Below are positions 19,192 to 28,499 of a DNA stretch of 64,000 nt, piece by piece (the first letter of the stretch is position 1; each line of letters begins with the position of its first letter). The stretch is from Clostridiales bacterium (GTDB lineage: Bacteria > Bacillota > Clostridia > Christensenellales > JAISNN01). The notes beneath the pieces are model-generated. The model was not told the DNA's origin and made no database searches. It saw nothing but the letters and a program-made list of their open reading frames with translations. The stretch lies in the NCBI GenBank assembly GCA_031275485.1, contig JAISOS010000004.1:2163-66162 (forward strand), in the 5' to 3' direction. Made by a program: the position numbers and the translations under genes.

Positions 19192-22100
19192 TTATAAATA
19201 TCTCTGCAACACCTCTTCTTTCGCTGTTTTCAGTTCAGTTAGCTTTACCTGTATAGCCTTAATTTCGGTTTCGACCCGTTCGATTTCCTCAACAATTTCT
19301 TGTTGACGCGAAATCGGTGGAAGTGGAATAGCTATGTTATTGATGGTTTCTAACGGTAGTTCAATCTGCCCACTTTGCCCATTCGCCATTGATTCTATTG
19401 TCTTGAATCCAATGTTAGCCAAAGCATACATTGCATATTTAGGAAGAGCTTTTACCGTATCTAAGCGGACAATAGTAATGTGGCTGTCAACAACAAAATC
19501 ACCATCTAAATCAAAAAGCGTAACCCGTCCGGCAGTTCCAACACCAGTTGAGTTAATCAACAAATCTCCTTTTCGAAGATTGCGCTCATCAGCTATAAAG
19601 TCATCAGACACAAAGTGCCGTTGGGTAAAATCAAAATCGCAATAACCGCGCGCCTGCCCAGACTTAATGATTTGAATAGGTGCGTTTCCGTACTTAGCAG
19701 ATTTCCCACGTTTAACCAAAACCGATAAATCACGGATACGGCTTGTTTCAAACGAGAAATACTCATTATTTTTCAAACGAGTATTAAGTTGTTCAATCGT
19801 TACGGTGTTTTCTCTAATCTGATTTTCAATGCCCTCAATCTCCGCAACTATCTGCTTTTGCACATCAAGTGGCGGGAGAGGAATAGCTAATTCTCCTAAC
19901 GAATTACTAAGATTGTTAATGTTTGCTCCATTACTGCTTTGGCTAATTATCCCTCTGACTGCTGCTGATGACAAGATAGCCCATAAGTATTTCATATTAA
20001 CATCATGGGTAGCCTTACGCAGGATACCCATAAAGCCTCCTGCATAGTATGGCATATCAGAATTTATATAAGCACATTTTCCGACATGTTCTTTACTTCC
20101 ACTTGAAAAGCAAATGAAAATATCATCAGCACATAATTTCTTTGTTTTATTTGGTTTGAAAGAACCATCCAAATAAATTTGCTTTACTATGTCCAACGTA
20201 TTTGAACTCGTTATATTATCGGCTGTTAAAATAACCGTTTCAGAAATGTCATATACTTGTTTGTCCTTTGGATATGTGACACCTTTAACGATAGAAACCA
20301 ATTCGCTCAGTCTTTTCAAAGGATATAATGAATCAATATTAGTTTTTTTGTTTAGGCTTACAGTTTTATCAAACTTACTCGTTCCATAGTTAATAAACCC
20401 GCTCATTCGCCCATAAGACACATTGCGAGCCAAGCTCTCATCAACACTAACCGTATTGCCCAAAAAAGCATTGTAAATGTAGCTGTTTGCCTTTTGTGGA
20501 TTCAGCAAATCCCCATTTTCATCAAACAGCTTTGTTCCATTAGGCAAGTGTTTTATCCCTTCGTGTCCGCGCCGTTCGCTAAACTCATAGCCCAAAAAAT
20601 TCTTTTCCTCCTGTTTTTGCCCTGTCTTAACCAAAACAATATTCTGTGGGTATGTCAGCAGGAAATATAAAATTTTCTCTTTTTCAAGCTCAATCGCTCT
20701 GGGGTAAATATCGCCTCCAAAGGCTTTTGCACAATCCAAGTACAACTCATGCTTTTGCATAGTTTCGCTCACCTTGCCGCCGATAAAGGAAAGATAATCA
20801 GCAAAAGCAAGGTCATTGTATACATTGGCAACGAACTTAGAAAAGGCATTCTCTATTCCTAAAACCGTAACATCTTTTAAATTGGAAACAAACGTGTTGA
20901 TTGCTTTTTCAATAGCAACAAAGTCATTGTCGGAGCGACGCTCTAAGAAAAGCACAACCGTATTTGTTCCGGTTTTCATAAATGTGCCAGAGCCAAGCTC
21001 AACGATTGCTTTCACTTTAAAATACTTAAAGATTATCTCTCTTGCTTTTGAATGGATACCACCGTTTGAAAGGATAGAACTGGGCAGAATTACCCCTGCC
21101 CAACCGCCGACTTTCAAAAGCTGTTTCAGACGCTCAACAAATAGGCATTCGATTTCGGAACTGTTGTCGGTAACATTATTATAAAGCTCAAAGGTTTCTT
21201 CACCGTATTTAAGCGTACTCTTAAAAGCCTCCACGGAGTATGGGGGATTAGAAATCAGTATATCAAACTGCCCGTTGTTTTTTCTATCATAGGGCTGTGT
21301 TTGCCGCAAAAGGTCACGGTATTCCTCGGTCTTTTCAAAATTATCCAAGCCGTTCGCCCAAATAATATTGGCTTCGCCATCGCCGTTGAAGAATGCACTA
21401 ACCTTTGTAGTTTTTACAAGGCGATTGTCTAAATCAATGCCGTAGACGGAATCTTTCGCCCAAAGAAATTTTGTTAAGCCTTGCCACGACTGAATCGTAT
21501 TTCTGACATTAGGCAAAGCCGCAGACAGATCAATTTTGCTGTCAATTACAGTTTGCATTTGATCCATGTACTCCGTTAGGAAATGTCCGCTACCACAGGC
21601 ATAATCCATCACAGCAGGGAGAACATTTCGCTCTCTGCTGTCAATTTTGCCTTGCACAAACTCTTTCAACGGCAAGGAAGAGATAATAAACCGAGTAATC
21701 GGAACAGGCGTAAAGAACTGTCCTGCCTCTTGTTTCATACTGGTATTTAATAACAACTCAAAGAAATTTCCCAAGAACTCATGCTTTTGTTCATACCTAA
21801 ATTTATAGGCTTGAAGTAACTCAACGATTTCACGGACAATCTTTGCGTTGAGCTTAAATGTTTTCTCGTCCAAAACTTCAACAAAGGCAAAGTTGGGGCT
21901 TTTTTTCAACCGAGCATCACGGAACATATTCATTAGGCGTTGTTTTTGTATAGCGTTATCAATGCCCTCTAACGCCTTAGTTACATCATCTTCCGAATGG
22001 TCGATTACCCGAATTTCAAGAAAACGCCACATACCATCTTTATAGAGGTCATTAAGGCGCATTTGCAAACTTTCATCGGTATCTGTTTCCAACCATTGAA

Positions 22101-22950
22101 ATTCAAGCTCATCATTGGGATTCTTGTTTTCGTCAATAATTTTGCACACAAACAAATTCAACAGTTTATTGAAGGCGTTGGGCTTGTCTGAAATAGCGTT
22201 GTGGCGTAAAATCTCCATGATTTGATTATAGATTTTCCCGCTATCTTCTTCTTTGAGATTTTTAAGCATTCCGTATGTCAGGGCTTTCGGCTTAATGTCA
22301 TACAGCGTAGCATATTCCTCAAAGATACCATTGTCTTTGAAATTCTTGTTCCAATAATCATGAATATCCTTTGCGCTTGATAAATCGTGCCAAGATTCCT
22401 CGACCAAGATAATGTTGTTTCGGTATTCAATCTTTTTCTTATCAAGCCGCGAAGCATACACACAGAGAAATTTTGCGGCTCTATCCTGCTGATAATATGA
22501 GAAAATCTGCCCACCATCTTTAAGTGTCTTGGCAGACTCTTTTTCAAACTCACTCCCCCAAGTTTTGCACTCAATCATCAAAAAAGGAGAATCATCATTT
22601 TCGCTATATACGAGAATATCTAATTTCCCTTTAAGGTTACGCCCCAAAGGATACTTCTTTTCAAGCTCAAGCCGTTCGGGATGATAACCTTTTGTAAGCA
22701 AGCGGTCAACACACTCAAGCACAACAAAATTTTCCGGATTTTCAAAATTACTGGTCGTTAAATCTCCCAACCGGATACGCTTGTCTTGCTGAACGCTTTG
22801 ATGAGCGTATTCGATTTTTTGCTCATTGAAGTCAACGAAAAGGGGATAGTTATTATAGGCGGCGTAGCGTTTCACAAATACACCGCTTGTGCCGTCTTGC
22901 GGAGCAAAGCCCAATTCGACAATCAGCTTTTTTACATAGTCGATGTTCAT
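19192..22950 (-). CDS. single-chain restriction-modification-specificity enzyme (Type IIB/IIG-like: PD-ExK nuclease + N6-adenine MTase + two HsdS-type TRDs)
   Basis: N-terminal LDILVYSENDDSPFLMIECK (D...ExK). MTase motifs GQFFTPVPITRF, DYACGSGHFL and ISNPPYS. The C-terminal half has two target-recognition domains, each followed by an HsdS-like helix (IPLPPLDVQKQIVAEIEGIENQI and IPLPPISRQQEIVEEIERVETEI). Confidence 0.75.
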   Translation of the reverse strand: MNIDYVKKLIVELGFAPQDGTSGVFVKRYAAYNNYPLFVDFNEQKIEYAHQSVQQDKRIRLGDLTTSNFENPENFVVLECVDRLLTKGYHPERLELEKKYPLGRNLKGKLDILVYSENDDSPFLMIECKTWGSEFEKESAKTLKDGGQIFSYYQQDRAAKFLCVYASRLDKKKIEYRNNIILVEESWHDLSSAKDIHDYWNKNFKDNGIFEEYATLYDIKPKALTYGMLKNLKEEDSGKIYNQIMEILRHNAISDKPNAFNKLLNLFVCKIIDENKNPNDELEFQWLETDTDESLQMRLNDLYKDGMWRFLEIRVIDHSEDDVTKALEGIDNAIQKQRLMNMFRDARLKKSPNFAFVEVLDEKTFKLNAKIVREIVELLQAYKFRYEQKHEFLGNFFELLLNTSMKQEAGQFFTPVPITRFIISSLPLKEFVQGKIDSRERNVLPAVMDYACGSGHFLTEYMDQMQTVIDSKIDLSAALPNVRNTIQSWQGLTKFLWAKDSVYGIDLDNRLVKTTKVSAFFNGDGEANIIWANGLDNFEKTEEYRDLLRQTQPYDRKNNGQFDILISNPPYSVEAFKSTLKYGEETFELYNNVTDNSSEIECLFVERLKQLLKVGGWAGVILPSSILSNGGIHSKAREIIFKYFKVKAIVELGSGTFMKTGTNTVVLFLERRSDNDFVAIEKAINTFVSNLKDVTVLGIENAFSKFVANVYNDLAFADYLSFIGGKVSETMQKHELYLDCAKAFGGDIYPRAIELEKEKILYFLLTYPQNIVLVKTGQKQEEKNFLGYEFSERRGHEGIKHLPNGTKLFDENGDLLNPQKANSYIYNAFLGNTVSVDESLARNVSYGRMSGFINYGTSKFDKTVSLNKKTNIDSLYPLKRLSELVSIVKGVTYPKDKQVYDISETVILTADNITSSNTLDIVKQIYLDGSFKPNKTKKLCADDIFICFSSGSKEHVGKCAYINSDMPYYAGGFMGILRKATHDVNMKYLWAILSSAAVRGIISQSSNGANINNLSNSLGELAIPLPPLDVQKQIVAEIEGIENQIRENTVTIEQLNTRLKNNEYFSFETSRIRDLSVLVKRGKSAKYGNAPIQIIKSGQARGYCDFDFTQRHFVSDDFIADERNLRKGDLLINSTGVGTAGRVTLFDLDGDFVVDSHITIVRLDTVKALPKYAMYALANIGFKTIESMANGQSGQIELPLETINNIAIPLPPISRQQEIVEEIERVETEIKAIQVKLTELKTAKEEVLQRYL

Positions 22951-23141
22951 TTTGACTTTGCTCCTTTCTTTCCGTTGGAATTGGCGGCAAGGTAAGCGTT
23001 GATGTCTGAGAGCTTAATTCTGTATATGCGCCCGACCAGTGAAGCAACGAGTTTGTCACTCTTTATCCACTTTAACACGGTTTTATCTGAAACCTTTAAA
23101 TAAGTCGCGGCTTTGGCAACAGTTAAAATCTCATCGTTCAT
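22947..23141 (-). CDS. excisionase-family (HTH_17) DNA-binding protein, translationally coupled to the R-M-S gene
   Basis: MNDEILTVAKAATYLKVSDKTVLKWIKSDKLVASLVGRIYRIKLSDINAYL. ATG at 23141 with a GGAGGTGG SD upstream. Its stop overlaps the ATG of the R-M-S gene by 4 nt. Confidence 0.7.
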   Translation of the reverse strand: MNDEILTVAKAATYLKVSDKTVLKWIKSDKLVASLVGRIYRIKLSDINAYLAANSNGKKGAKSK

Positions 23142-23172
23142 CGGGCATACCACCTCCATTTTCACATTAACT

Positions 23173-23201
23173 ATTGTACCACAGGTGCGGAGAGGTGTCA
23201 A
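23173..23201 (-). promoter_or_regulatory. near-consensus promoter TTGACA-17-TACAAT with TG extension, driving the HTH/R-M-S operon
   Basis: The minus strand reads TTGACA (23201-23196), the 17-nt spacer cctctccgcacctgtgg, then TACAAT (23178-23173). Confidence 0.6.
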
Positions 23202-23291
23202 GAAGATTTTAAATAAATTTAAAGGGTTTTAACGGAATCCAGAGGAATTTAAACACCTTTTAAACGACCTAAAATCATTGAATCGTTGACG

Positions 23292-24470
23292 CTATCTACC
23301 CCTGTCGTACCCTCTTGACCTCGCAGGGCGTTTTTGTTCCTGTTGTATGGTTCTTGCCTGTTCCAAAAGACCGTTAATTTGTTCGCTGCCGAACACCTTG
23401 CGTAACAAGGCATAATCTCTGTTCTCTGCCCTCAACCGGGTGTTTTCAGCCGATAATTTTTCGTTGCTGTTGCTCAAACGCTCATTGTCCTTGTATAGCC
23501 TGCCGTTGGTTTGATTTAACCTCTGATAATCATCAACTGCCGCGAAATATCGCACCAAAGTAGACTTAATCAGAGATTTCAGCTTTTTTACCAAAGGCAT
23601 TGCAAACTTGGTTCTATAATTTTTGGCAGACATAAGCGTGGGCGGTTCTGCCAACTGATATTCCGGCTCGTGATATATCTTCTGTGATATGCTTTCAATA
23701 GATTCCTCCGCTTTGTCTAAATTCGCAATCCGCTTTGCAACTGTATTAAACTCCAATTTCTTATCGTGAAGTTTATCTTCCAGTTCCGCGATTTCCTCCG
23801 CACGCATTTCCTTTTCATAATTCAAAACGGATAGATGTTTTTTGTGAGTGCCTTTCTGCTCCCATTCAATGCCATGCCGCTCCATCGCGGCGGCAAGCTG
23901 TTCTTTTTCGGATTCTACCCATTGATTCCACTCTGTTTCCTGTCTGCTCCCGCCGGTAAAGCCTTGCGCCGCCAAAGCCTGTTTAAGCGATACCCTTGTA
24001 TCCAAGCCGCGCTTACTGCCTGTTGTGAACGGCACAAAATCAATGTGCAAATGGGGCGTTGCCTCATCCATGTGTAGGTGCGCCGAGAATACGCGCATAT
24101 TGGGATTGCGTGATTGAAAAGACTGAATATATTCGTCAAGCACCTTTACGGCAAGTTCGCCGTTTTCGGTCTGGGCGTTCATATCGTCCTTGTTCCCGAT
24201 TTGCAAAATGATTTCGTGGAATGGCTTTTCCTGTTTGCCGGAACGGATTTTTTCGTAATAATCGTCAATCACTCTATCGTTACGGGTCTGCTTGTCATTG
24301 TAACGGCTGATTGCGCCATCAAACATTTCATGATAGACTTGCCGTATATTTTCGTTGCAGTAGGAACGGTTTAAGCCGGAACGCTCCGGGTCTGTATTGG
24401 CGGCGTGGAATTGGCGGCTGTTGTGATTAACCGAGCCTTTCCCCACCATAACGCTGATTGTCCGTTGCAT
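23292..24470 (-). CDS. mob: MobV-family (Mob/Pre) relaxase
   Basis: N-terminal VGKGSVNHNSRQF and the HxDE..H.H motif HLHMDEATPHLHIDFVPF. C-terminal coiled coil. Confidence 0.85.
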   Translation of the reverse strand: MQRTISVMVGKGSVNHNSRQFHAANTDPERSGLNRSYCNENIRQVYHEMFDGAISRYNDKQTRNDRVIDDYYEKIRSGKQEKPFHEIILQIGNKDDMNAQTENGELAVKVLDEYIQSFQSRNPNMRVFSAHLHMDEATPHLHIDFVPFTTGSKRGLDTRVSLKQALAAQGFTGGSRQETEWNQWVESEKEQLAAAMERHGIEWEQKGTHKKHLSVLNYEKEMRAEEIAELEDKLHDKKLEFNTVAKRIANLDKAEESIESISQKIYHEPEYQLAEPPTLMSAKNYRTKFAMPLVKKLKSLIKSTLVRYFAAVDDYQRLNQTNGRLYKDNERLSNSNEKLSAENTRLRAENRDYALLRKVFGSEQINGLLEQARTIQQEQKRPARSRGYDRGR

Positions 24471-24534
24471 AGGATTTCGTCCTCCTTTCTTTTTCGGGTG
24501 GTATATCCGGCGTAAGCCGGGGTTTTGTTACTTT

Positions 24535-24563
24535 TGTCAAAAGTAAAGCAAAAGCACTTTTGA
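24535..24563 (-). other. candidate oriT inverted repeats upstream of mob
   Basis: GTCAAAAGT-n11-ACTTTTGAC plus an overlapping ACTTTTGACAAAAGT palindrome. It is flanked by the GCGCATTGCGC and CCGGCTTACGCCGG palindromes, 65-130 bp upstream of the mob ATG. Confidence 0.45.
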
Positions 24564-24851
24564 CACTCCGTATCAAAAGCGCATTGCGCCCTACGGGGTG
24601 GAAAGGGGCTTTGCCCCGCCGTCTGCGGACGCCTCCCCAATGCTCATTGCCCTTTGAAAAGGGCAGCCGCATGGCTTGCCTAAACTTTGTTTCACTCGCC
24701 GTTAGGCAGAAGGAAAAGCGTTGCTTTCCCTCTGGCGGCAAGTGTTGTCCGTGGCAAAAAGTAAAGGTGTTCGGGTTGTATTTCCCTGCGGGAAATCTCC
24801 ACCCGCAAGTATATGCCCCCTTGACTTTTTCCCCGCTCCCTGCGTGACGGT

Positions 24852-24927
24852 CGTGACGATGGTGACGGTGATTTGAATACCGCCCCCCGCTCCCATAAAG
24901 ACCGACACGACCGTCACCATCGTCACG
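24852..24927. repeat. perfect 18-bp inverted repeat built from GTGACGNT iterons
   Basis: CGTGACGATGGTGACGGT (24852-24869) and ACCGTCACCATCGTCACG (24910-24927). The right arm overlaps the stop of the AAA_25 gene. Confidence 0.85.
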
Positions 24928-26059
24928 CCGTTTCCCCATCAAGAACGAGCTTGATAACTCTTCCGCCGTGAGTGCGGTCATTTTCGTAACGAACACCATA
25001 CTCATTTTGCAACCGTCCGGCATTGACATTTAGCCGTTTCGTTAGGACATTCGGCGGTATATCCAAGCCAAGTGTTCCTACAAGCTCTGTCGGCGTTCCG
25101 CTCCAATTCGGATTTTCTGCCGTAACAATTGCCGCCACGGTTTCGATAACAGGGTCAGGCGGTTCTTTCCAAAGCTCCGTTTCCGCTTTTTCAAGCCGCC
25201 ATATTAGCCGCTCCATATCTCTTGTTAGATACAGCCGTTGGTCTTGCTGGTCGCGGCCGGAAATATCAAGTGTCGCGCTGTTGCTTGTCCGCTTTTCTTT
25301 CTGCAAGAGCCACGCCCCATCAGCCGCGCCGAGCAAGCCGTTTGTGCCGGAAATCATATCAAATTTATCGTCCGATTGTTGCTTGCGCGTGTGACGGACA
25401 AGCAACAGGCAAATGCCGTAGCTGTCCGTTGCCTGTTTTAGCCTTGTGATAATTTCATAGTCATTGGCATAGCTGAATTTATCGCCGCCGACCTCACGGA
25501 CTTTTTGCAGGGTGTCAATGATAATCAGCCGTGTGTCGGGGTATTTCGCTATGAACCCTTGTAGCTGTTTATCAAGACCGTTTCCAAGCTGGCTGGCTGA
25601 AATGGCAAAGTGCAGATTTTCCGCACTGTCCGTTCCGAACATACGAAACAGCCGCTCCTGCAATCGTCTGTAATCATCTTCAAGGGCAAGATACAGCACC
25701 GCACCCTTTCTGACGGGGTAATCCCACAGCGGTAGTCCTGTGCTGATATGATAGGCGAGTTGTGCCATGAAAAAGCTCTTGCCCAATTTCGGCGCACCGA
25801 CAAAGAGATAAGTGCCGGGGTAGAGCAAGCCGTCAATCAGCGGCGGCTTGCTCCGATAAACCGTATCGTAGAGTTCGCTCATGGATACCGTCCGCAAATA
25901 GGACGGGTCCATTGTGCGGAGCATTTCCCTCTGCCATTCGTCAAAATAATCGTTGCTTTTTTCGGCATTGTCGGTTATACTATTGTTATCAGCAAATGAC
26001 TGTTCCTCGTCTGCGCCAACAGACGAAACCGGGGCAGTCGTTTTTCCTTTATCGGTCAT
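24923..26059 (-). CDS. AAA_25/RepA-like RecA-fold ATPase
   Basis: Walker A motif FVGAPKLGKSFF, Walker B motif RLIIIDTLQKV, and LLLVRHTRKQ. This architecture is typical of plasmid and IME RepA-like ATPases. Confidence 0.65.
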   Translation of the reverse strand: MTDKGKTTAPVSSVGADEEQSFADNNSITDNAEKSNDYFDEWQREMLRTMDPSYLRTVSMSELYDTVYRSKPPLIDGLLYPGTYLFVGAPKLGKSFFMAQLAYHISTGLPLWDYPVRKGAVLYLALEDDYRRLQERLFRMFGTDSAENLHFAISASQLGNGLDKQLQGFIAKYPDTRLIIIDTLQKVREVGGDKFSYANDYEIITRLKQATDSYGICLLLVRHTRKQQSDDKFDMISGTNGLLGAADGAWLLQKEKRTSNSATLDISGRDQQDQRLYLTRDMERLIWRLEKAETELWKEPPDPVIETVAAIVTAENPNWSGTPTELVGTLGLDIPPNVLTKRLNVNAGRLQNEYGVRYENDRTHGGRVIKLVLDGETA

Positions 26060-26388
26060 GTGCTTTCCTCCTTTAATCCGCCCATTGTCGCGGTAATCAA
26101 TCCAATCATATCCATCAAATCACCGTCAAGCTGTGCGCCGGATTCAATGCGTTGCAGTTCGTCAAGAACGGCGGCAAGCTGATTGCGGAGAGCTTTGTAA
26201 ACACGCGGATTGCCCTGCACGACCACATCACGGCATTGAACGCGCCGAATGATATACTCTTGCTTTGTTAGCCCGGATAACGCCACACGGCGGTTGAGGT
26301 CATCATTTTCCTCCGGGGATATGCGAAATGCTATGGTGTGACTGCGCCATCTGCCCTTGGTGTCTAATGTTTTTATCGACATAATCAA
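26056..26388 (-). CDS. MobC-like ribbon-helix-helix mobilization accessory protein
   Basis: RSHTIAFRISPEENDDLNRRVALSGLTKQEYIIRRV fits the MobC/RHH pattern. It has 4-nt overlaps with both neighbouring genes. Confidence 0.5.
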   Translation of the reverse strand: MIMSIKTLDTKGRWRSHTIAFRISPEENDDLNRRVALSGLTKQEYIIRRVQCRDVVVQGNPRVYKALRNQLAAVLDELQRIESGAQLDGDLMDMIGLITATMGGLKEEST

Positions 26389-27467
26389 AACCCTCCCTCT
26401 GTTCGTTCCATATCCAAGCGGTCAGCCATTTCCGTCTGCCGGGACGGGAACAAATGCGCGTAATTATAGGTGATGTCAATGCTTTCATGCCCCACACGGT
26501 CAGCAATGGCAATCGCTGAAAAGCCTCGGTCAATCAACAAGGAAATGTGCGAATGTCTTAAATCATGGATTCTGATACGCTTTACGCCCGATTGTTTAGC
26601 CCCTCTGTCCATTTCGTGGTGAAGATAATGCTTTGTGATTGTGAAAAGCCTGTCATTTGGCTCAATGCCATACAGCGTTTTCATATACTCTTGCATTTCC
26701 TCACACAGAAAGCGCGGCATTTTGATAACACGGTTGCTTTTAGGTGTTTTCGGTGTCGTAACAACATCTCTGCCTTTTAGCCGTTGATAGGATTTTGAAA
26801 TAGATAGCATTCGCTTTTCAAAATCGAAGTCAGCGGGTGTGAGCGCCAATAGTTCTCCCTCGCGGATACCGCACCAGTACAGCACCTCAAAGGCATAGAA
26901 TGACACAGGCTTGTCCATCATAGCATCCGCGAATTTCAAATACTCGCCCTTTGTCCAAAAGAGCATTTCTTTACTTTTGGCTTTACCCATATTCCCGACC
27001 TTTGCGGCGGGATTCAACATCAGACCGTAATACTTGACCGCATGATTGAAAATACAACTTAGTTGATTGTGCAAGGTTTTGAGATACACAGGCGAATAGG
27101 GTTTGCCGTTGGCGTCCTTGAAATTTATCATCTCGTTCTGCCAAGCGATAATCTCTTTCGGCTGAATTTCGCTCATTTGCCGCTTGCCGAAGTAGGGCAA
27201 TAACTTTGTGCGGATAATGTGCTCCTTGGTTTCCCATGTGTTTTCCTTAATACGGCTTTGCATGTCCGCCGTATAAGTTTCTACGAAACTTTCAAAGGTC
27301 ATATCTAAATCAGCCGTTGCCTTTTGAAGCTGCTCCCGCTCCCATGCCAGCGCATCCCGCTTTGTCGTAAAGCCGCGCTTACTGCTTTGTTTGCGTTCCC
27401 CCTTCCAATCGGTGTAACGATAAATGACACGCCATGTGTTTGTGCCAGATTCCTTGTAAACCGCCAT
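26385..27467 (-). CDS. int: tyrosine site-specific integrase
   Basis: N-terminal arm-binding-type MAVYKESGTNTWRVIYRYTDWKGERKQ. Catalytic HDLRHSHISLLI and GHESIDITYNYAHLF. The start is set at the ATG at 27467. Confidence 0.9.
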   Translation of the reverse strand: MAVYKESGTNTWRVIYRYTDWKGERKQSSKRGFTTKRDALAWEREQLQKATADLDMTFESFVETYTADMQSRIKENTWETKEHIIRTKLLPYFGKRQMSEIQPKEIIAWQNEMINFKDANGKPYSPVYLKTLHNQLSCIFNHAVKYYGLMLNPAAKVGNMGKAKSKEMLFWTKGEYLKFADAMMDKPVSFYAFEVLYWCGIREGELLALTPADFDFEKRMLSISKSYQRLKGRDVVTTPKTPKSNRVIKMPRFLCEEMQEYMKTLYGIEPNDRLFTITKHYLHHEMDRGAKQSGVKRIRIHDLRHSHISLLIDRGFSAIAIADRVGHESIDITYNYAHLFPSRQTEMADRLDMERTEGGF

Positions 27468-27469
27468 TT

Positions 27470-27670
27470 CTATCCCTTCCTTTCCTTGTTTTCGGATTCG
27501 CCGTAGCAAACCCTTTCCAAAAAATACTTCTTACTGACCCTGCCCGCAACGGTCATATAGCCTTTGTCTTTGAGCGTTGCGTTGAGGTTTTTGATTACCT
27601 TGTAAGCGTATGATTTCGATACGCCTAACTCTCTGGCAACATCATCGACCCTCATAAAACTGTTACTCAT
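27470..27670 (-). CDS. xis: excisionase-like HTH DNA-binding protein
   Basis: MSNSFMRVDDVARELGVSKSYAYKVIKNLNATLKDKGYMTVAGRVSKKYF. It sits directly upstream of int. ATG at 27670. Confidence 0.6.
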   Translation of the reverse strand: MSNSFMRVDDVARELGVSKSYAYKVIKNLNATLKDKGYMTVAGRVSKKYFLERVCYGESENKERKG

Positions 27671-27800
27671 GCTTTTTTCTTTCCTTTCTGATTTTTTGAT
27701 AAAATAGTTTTTTAGTGTCGGAATACTTTCTTGCCGCCTTCCGATTCGCCCGGGCGGACACGCCATTACCGTGACGCGCGACGGTTATTCAGTTGCCTGA

Positions 27801-27897
27801 ACTTAACTGTTTTTATTTAAGTTCTTTCTTATTATACTAACTATTTACCGTTAAGTCAAGCCCTTTTCGCAAAAATCTTAACTTTTTTTATTTAAGT
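27801..27897. promoter_or_regulatory. two operator-like repeats in the xis-int / XRE divergent region
   Basis: ACTTAACTGTTTTTATTTAAGT (27801-27822) and TCTTAACTTTTTTTATTTAAGT (27876-27897). Each has ACTTAA/TTAAGT inverted half-sites. Confidence 0.5.
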
Positions 27898-27902
27898 TTC
27901 TC

Positions 27903-27931
27903 TTGACTATCTTAACTCTATATGCTATACT
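27903..27931 (+). promoter_or_regulatory. promoter TTGACT-17-TATACT for the XRE regulator
   Basis: TTGACT at 27903-27908, a 17-nt spacer, then TATACT at 27926-27931. Confidence 0.55.
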
Positions 27932-27967
27932 GTTTATGTTGGAGTATTTTTAAGGAGCGTGGGCGGT

Positions 27968-28477
27968 ATGGCTATCGGTGAAAGAATCAGATTTATCCGC
28001 AATCTGCGGGGCGTGACACAGAAGTATTTGGGTATGGCAATCGGCTTTACCGAAAAGACCTCTGATGTCCGCATGGCGCAATACGAATCAGGGAGCAGAA
28101 CACCAAAGGAAAAGATGATTGCCGACCTTGCGGGTGTGCTTGGCGTATGTCCGCAAGCCCTCACCATTCCCGATATTGAAAGCTACACAGGCTTGGCGCA
28201 TACGCTGTTTGCCCTTGAAGATTTATATGGGTTCAAGATAAACAGCATTGACGGTGAACTTTGCATAACGCTTGATAAATCCAAAGGTGCATCATATCTC
28301 TCCATGTTCGATATGTTCAGCGCATGGCACAGCGAATCTGAAAAGCTCAAAAGCGGCGAAATCACAGTGGACGAATACAACGCATGGCGTTATAACTATC
28401 CAAAAGGCGAAGTCGAGCGGACAAAAGCCGTCCTTGATAAAATACGAGCCGAAAAAGAAAATCCATCTGACGAATAA
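27968..28477 (+). CDS. XRE-family (Cro/CI-type) HTH transcriptional regulator
   Basis: IGERIRFIRNLRGVTQKYLGMAIGFTEKTSDVRMAQYESGSRTP. The ATG at 27968 lies 10 nt after TAAGGAG; the ORF-track start at 27959 is a GTG too close to the SD. Confidence 0.8.
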   Translation: MAIGERIRFIRNLRGVTQKYLGMAIGFTEKTSDVRMAQYESGSRTPKEKMIADLAGVLGVCPQALTIPDIESYTGLAHTLFALEDLYGFKINSIDGELCITLDKSKGASYLSMFDMFSAWHSESEKLKSGEITVDEYNAWRYNYPKGEVERTKAVLDKIRAEKENPSDE

Positions 28478-28499
28478 CCTCCAATCACACAACAAAAAA

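Noticed and set aside
24371-25029. Overlapping ORFs of 74-200 aa (24427-25029, 24371-24640, 24560-24847, 24702-24926) between mob and the AAA_25 gene.
   Set aside because: They overlap one another in a region dominated by palindromes and iterons, have odd composition (runs of HRHH and TVTIVTTV from the GTGACG repeats), and lack SD sequences. I interpret the region as non-coding oriT or origin DNA.
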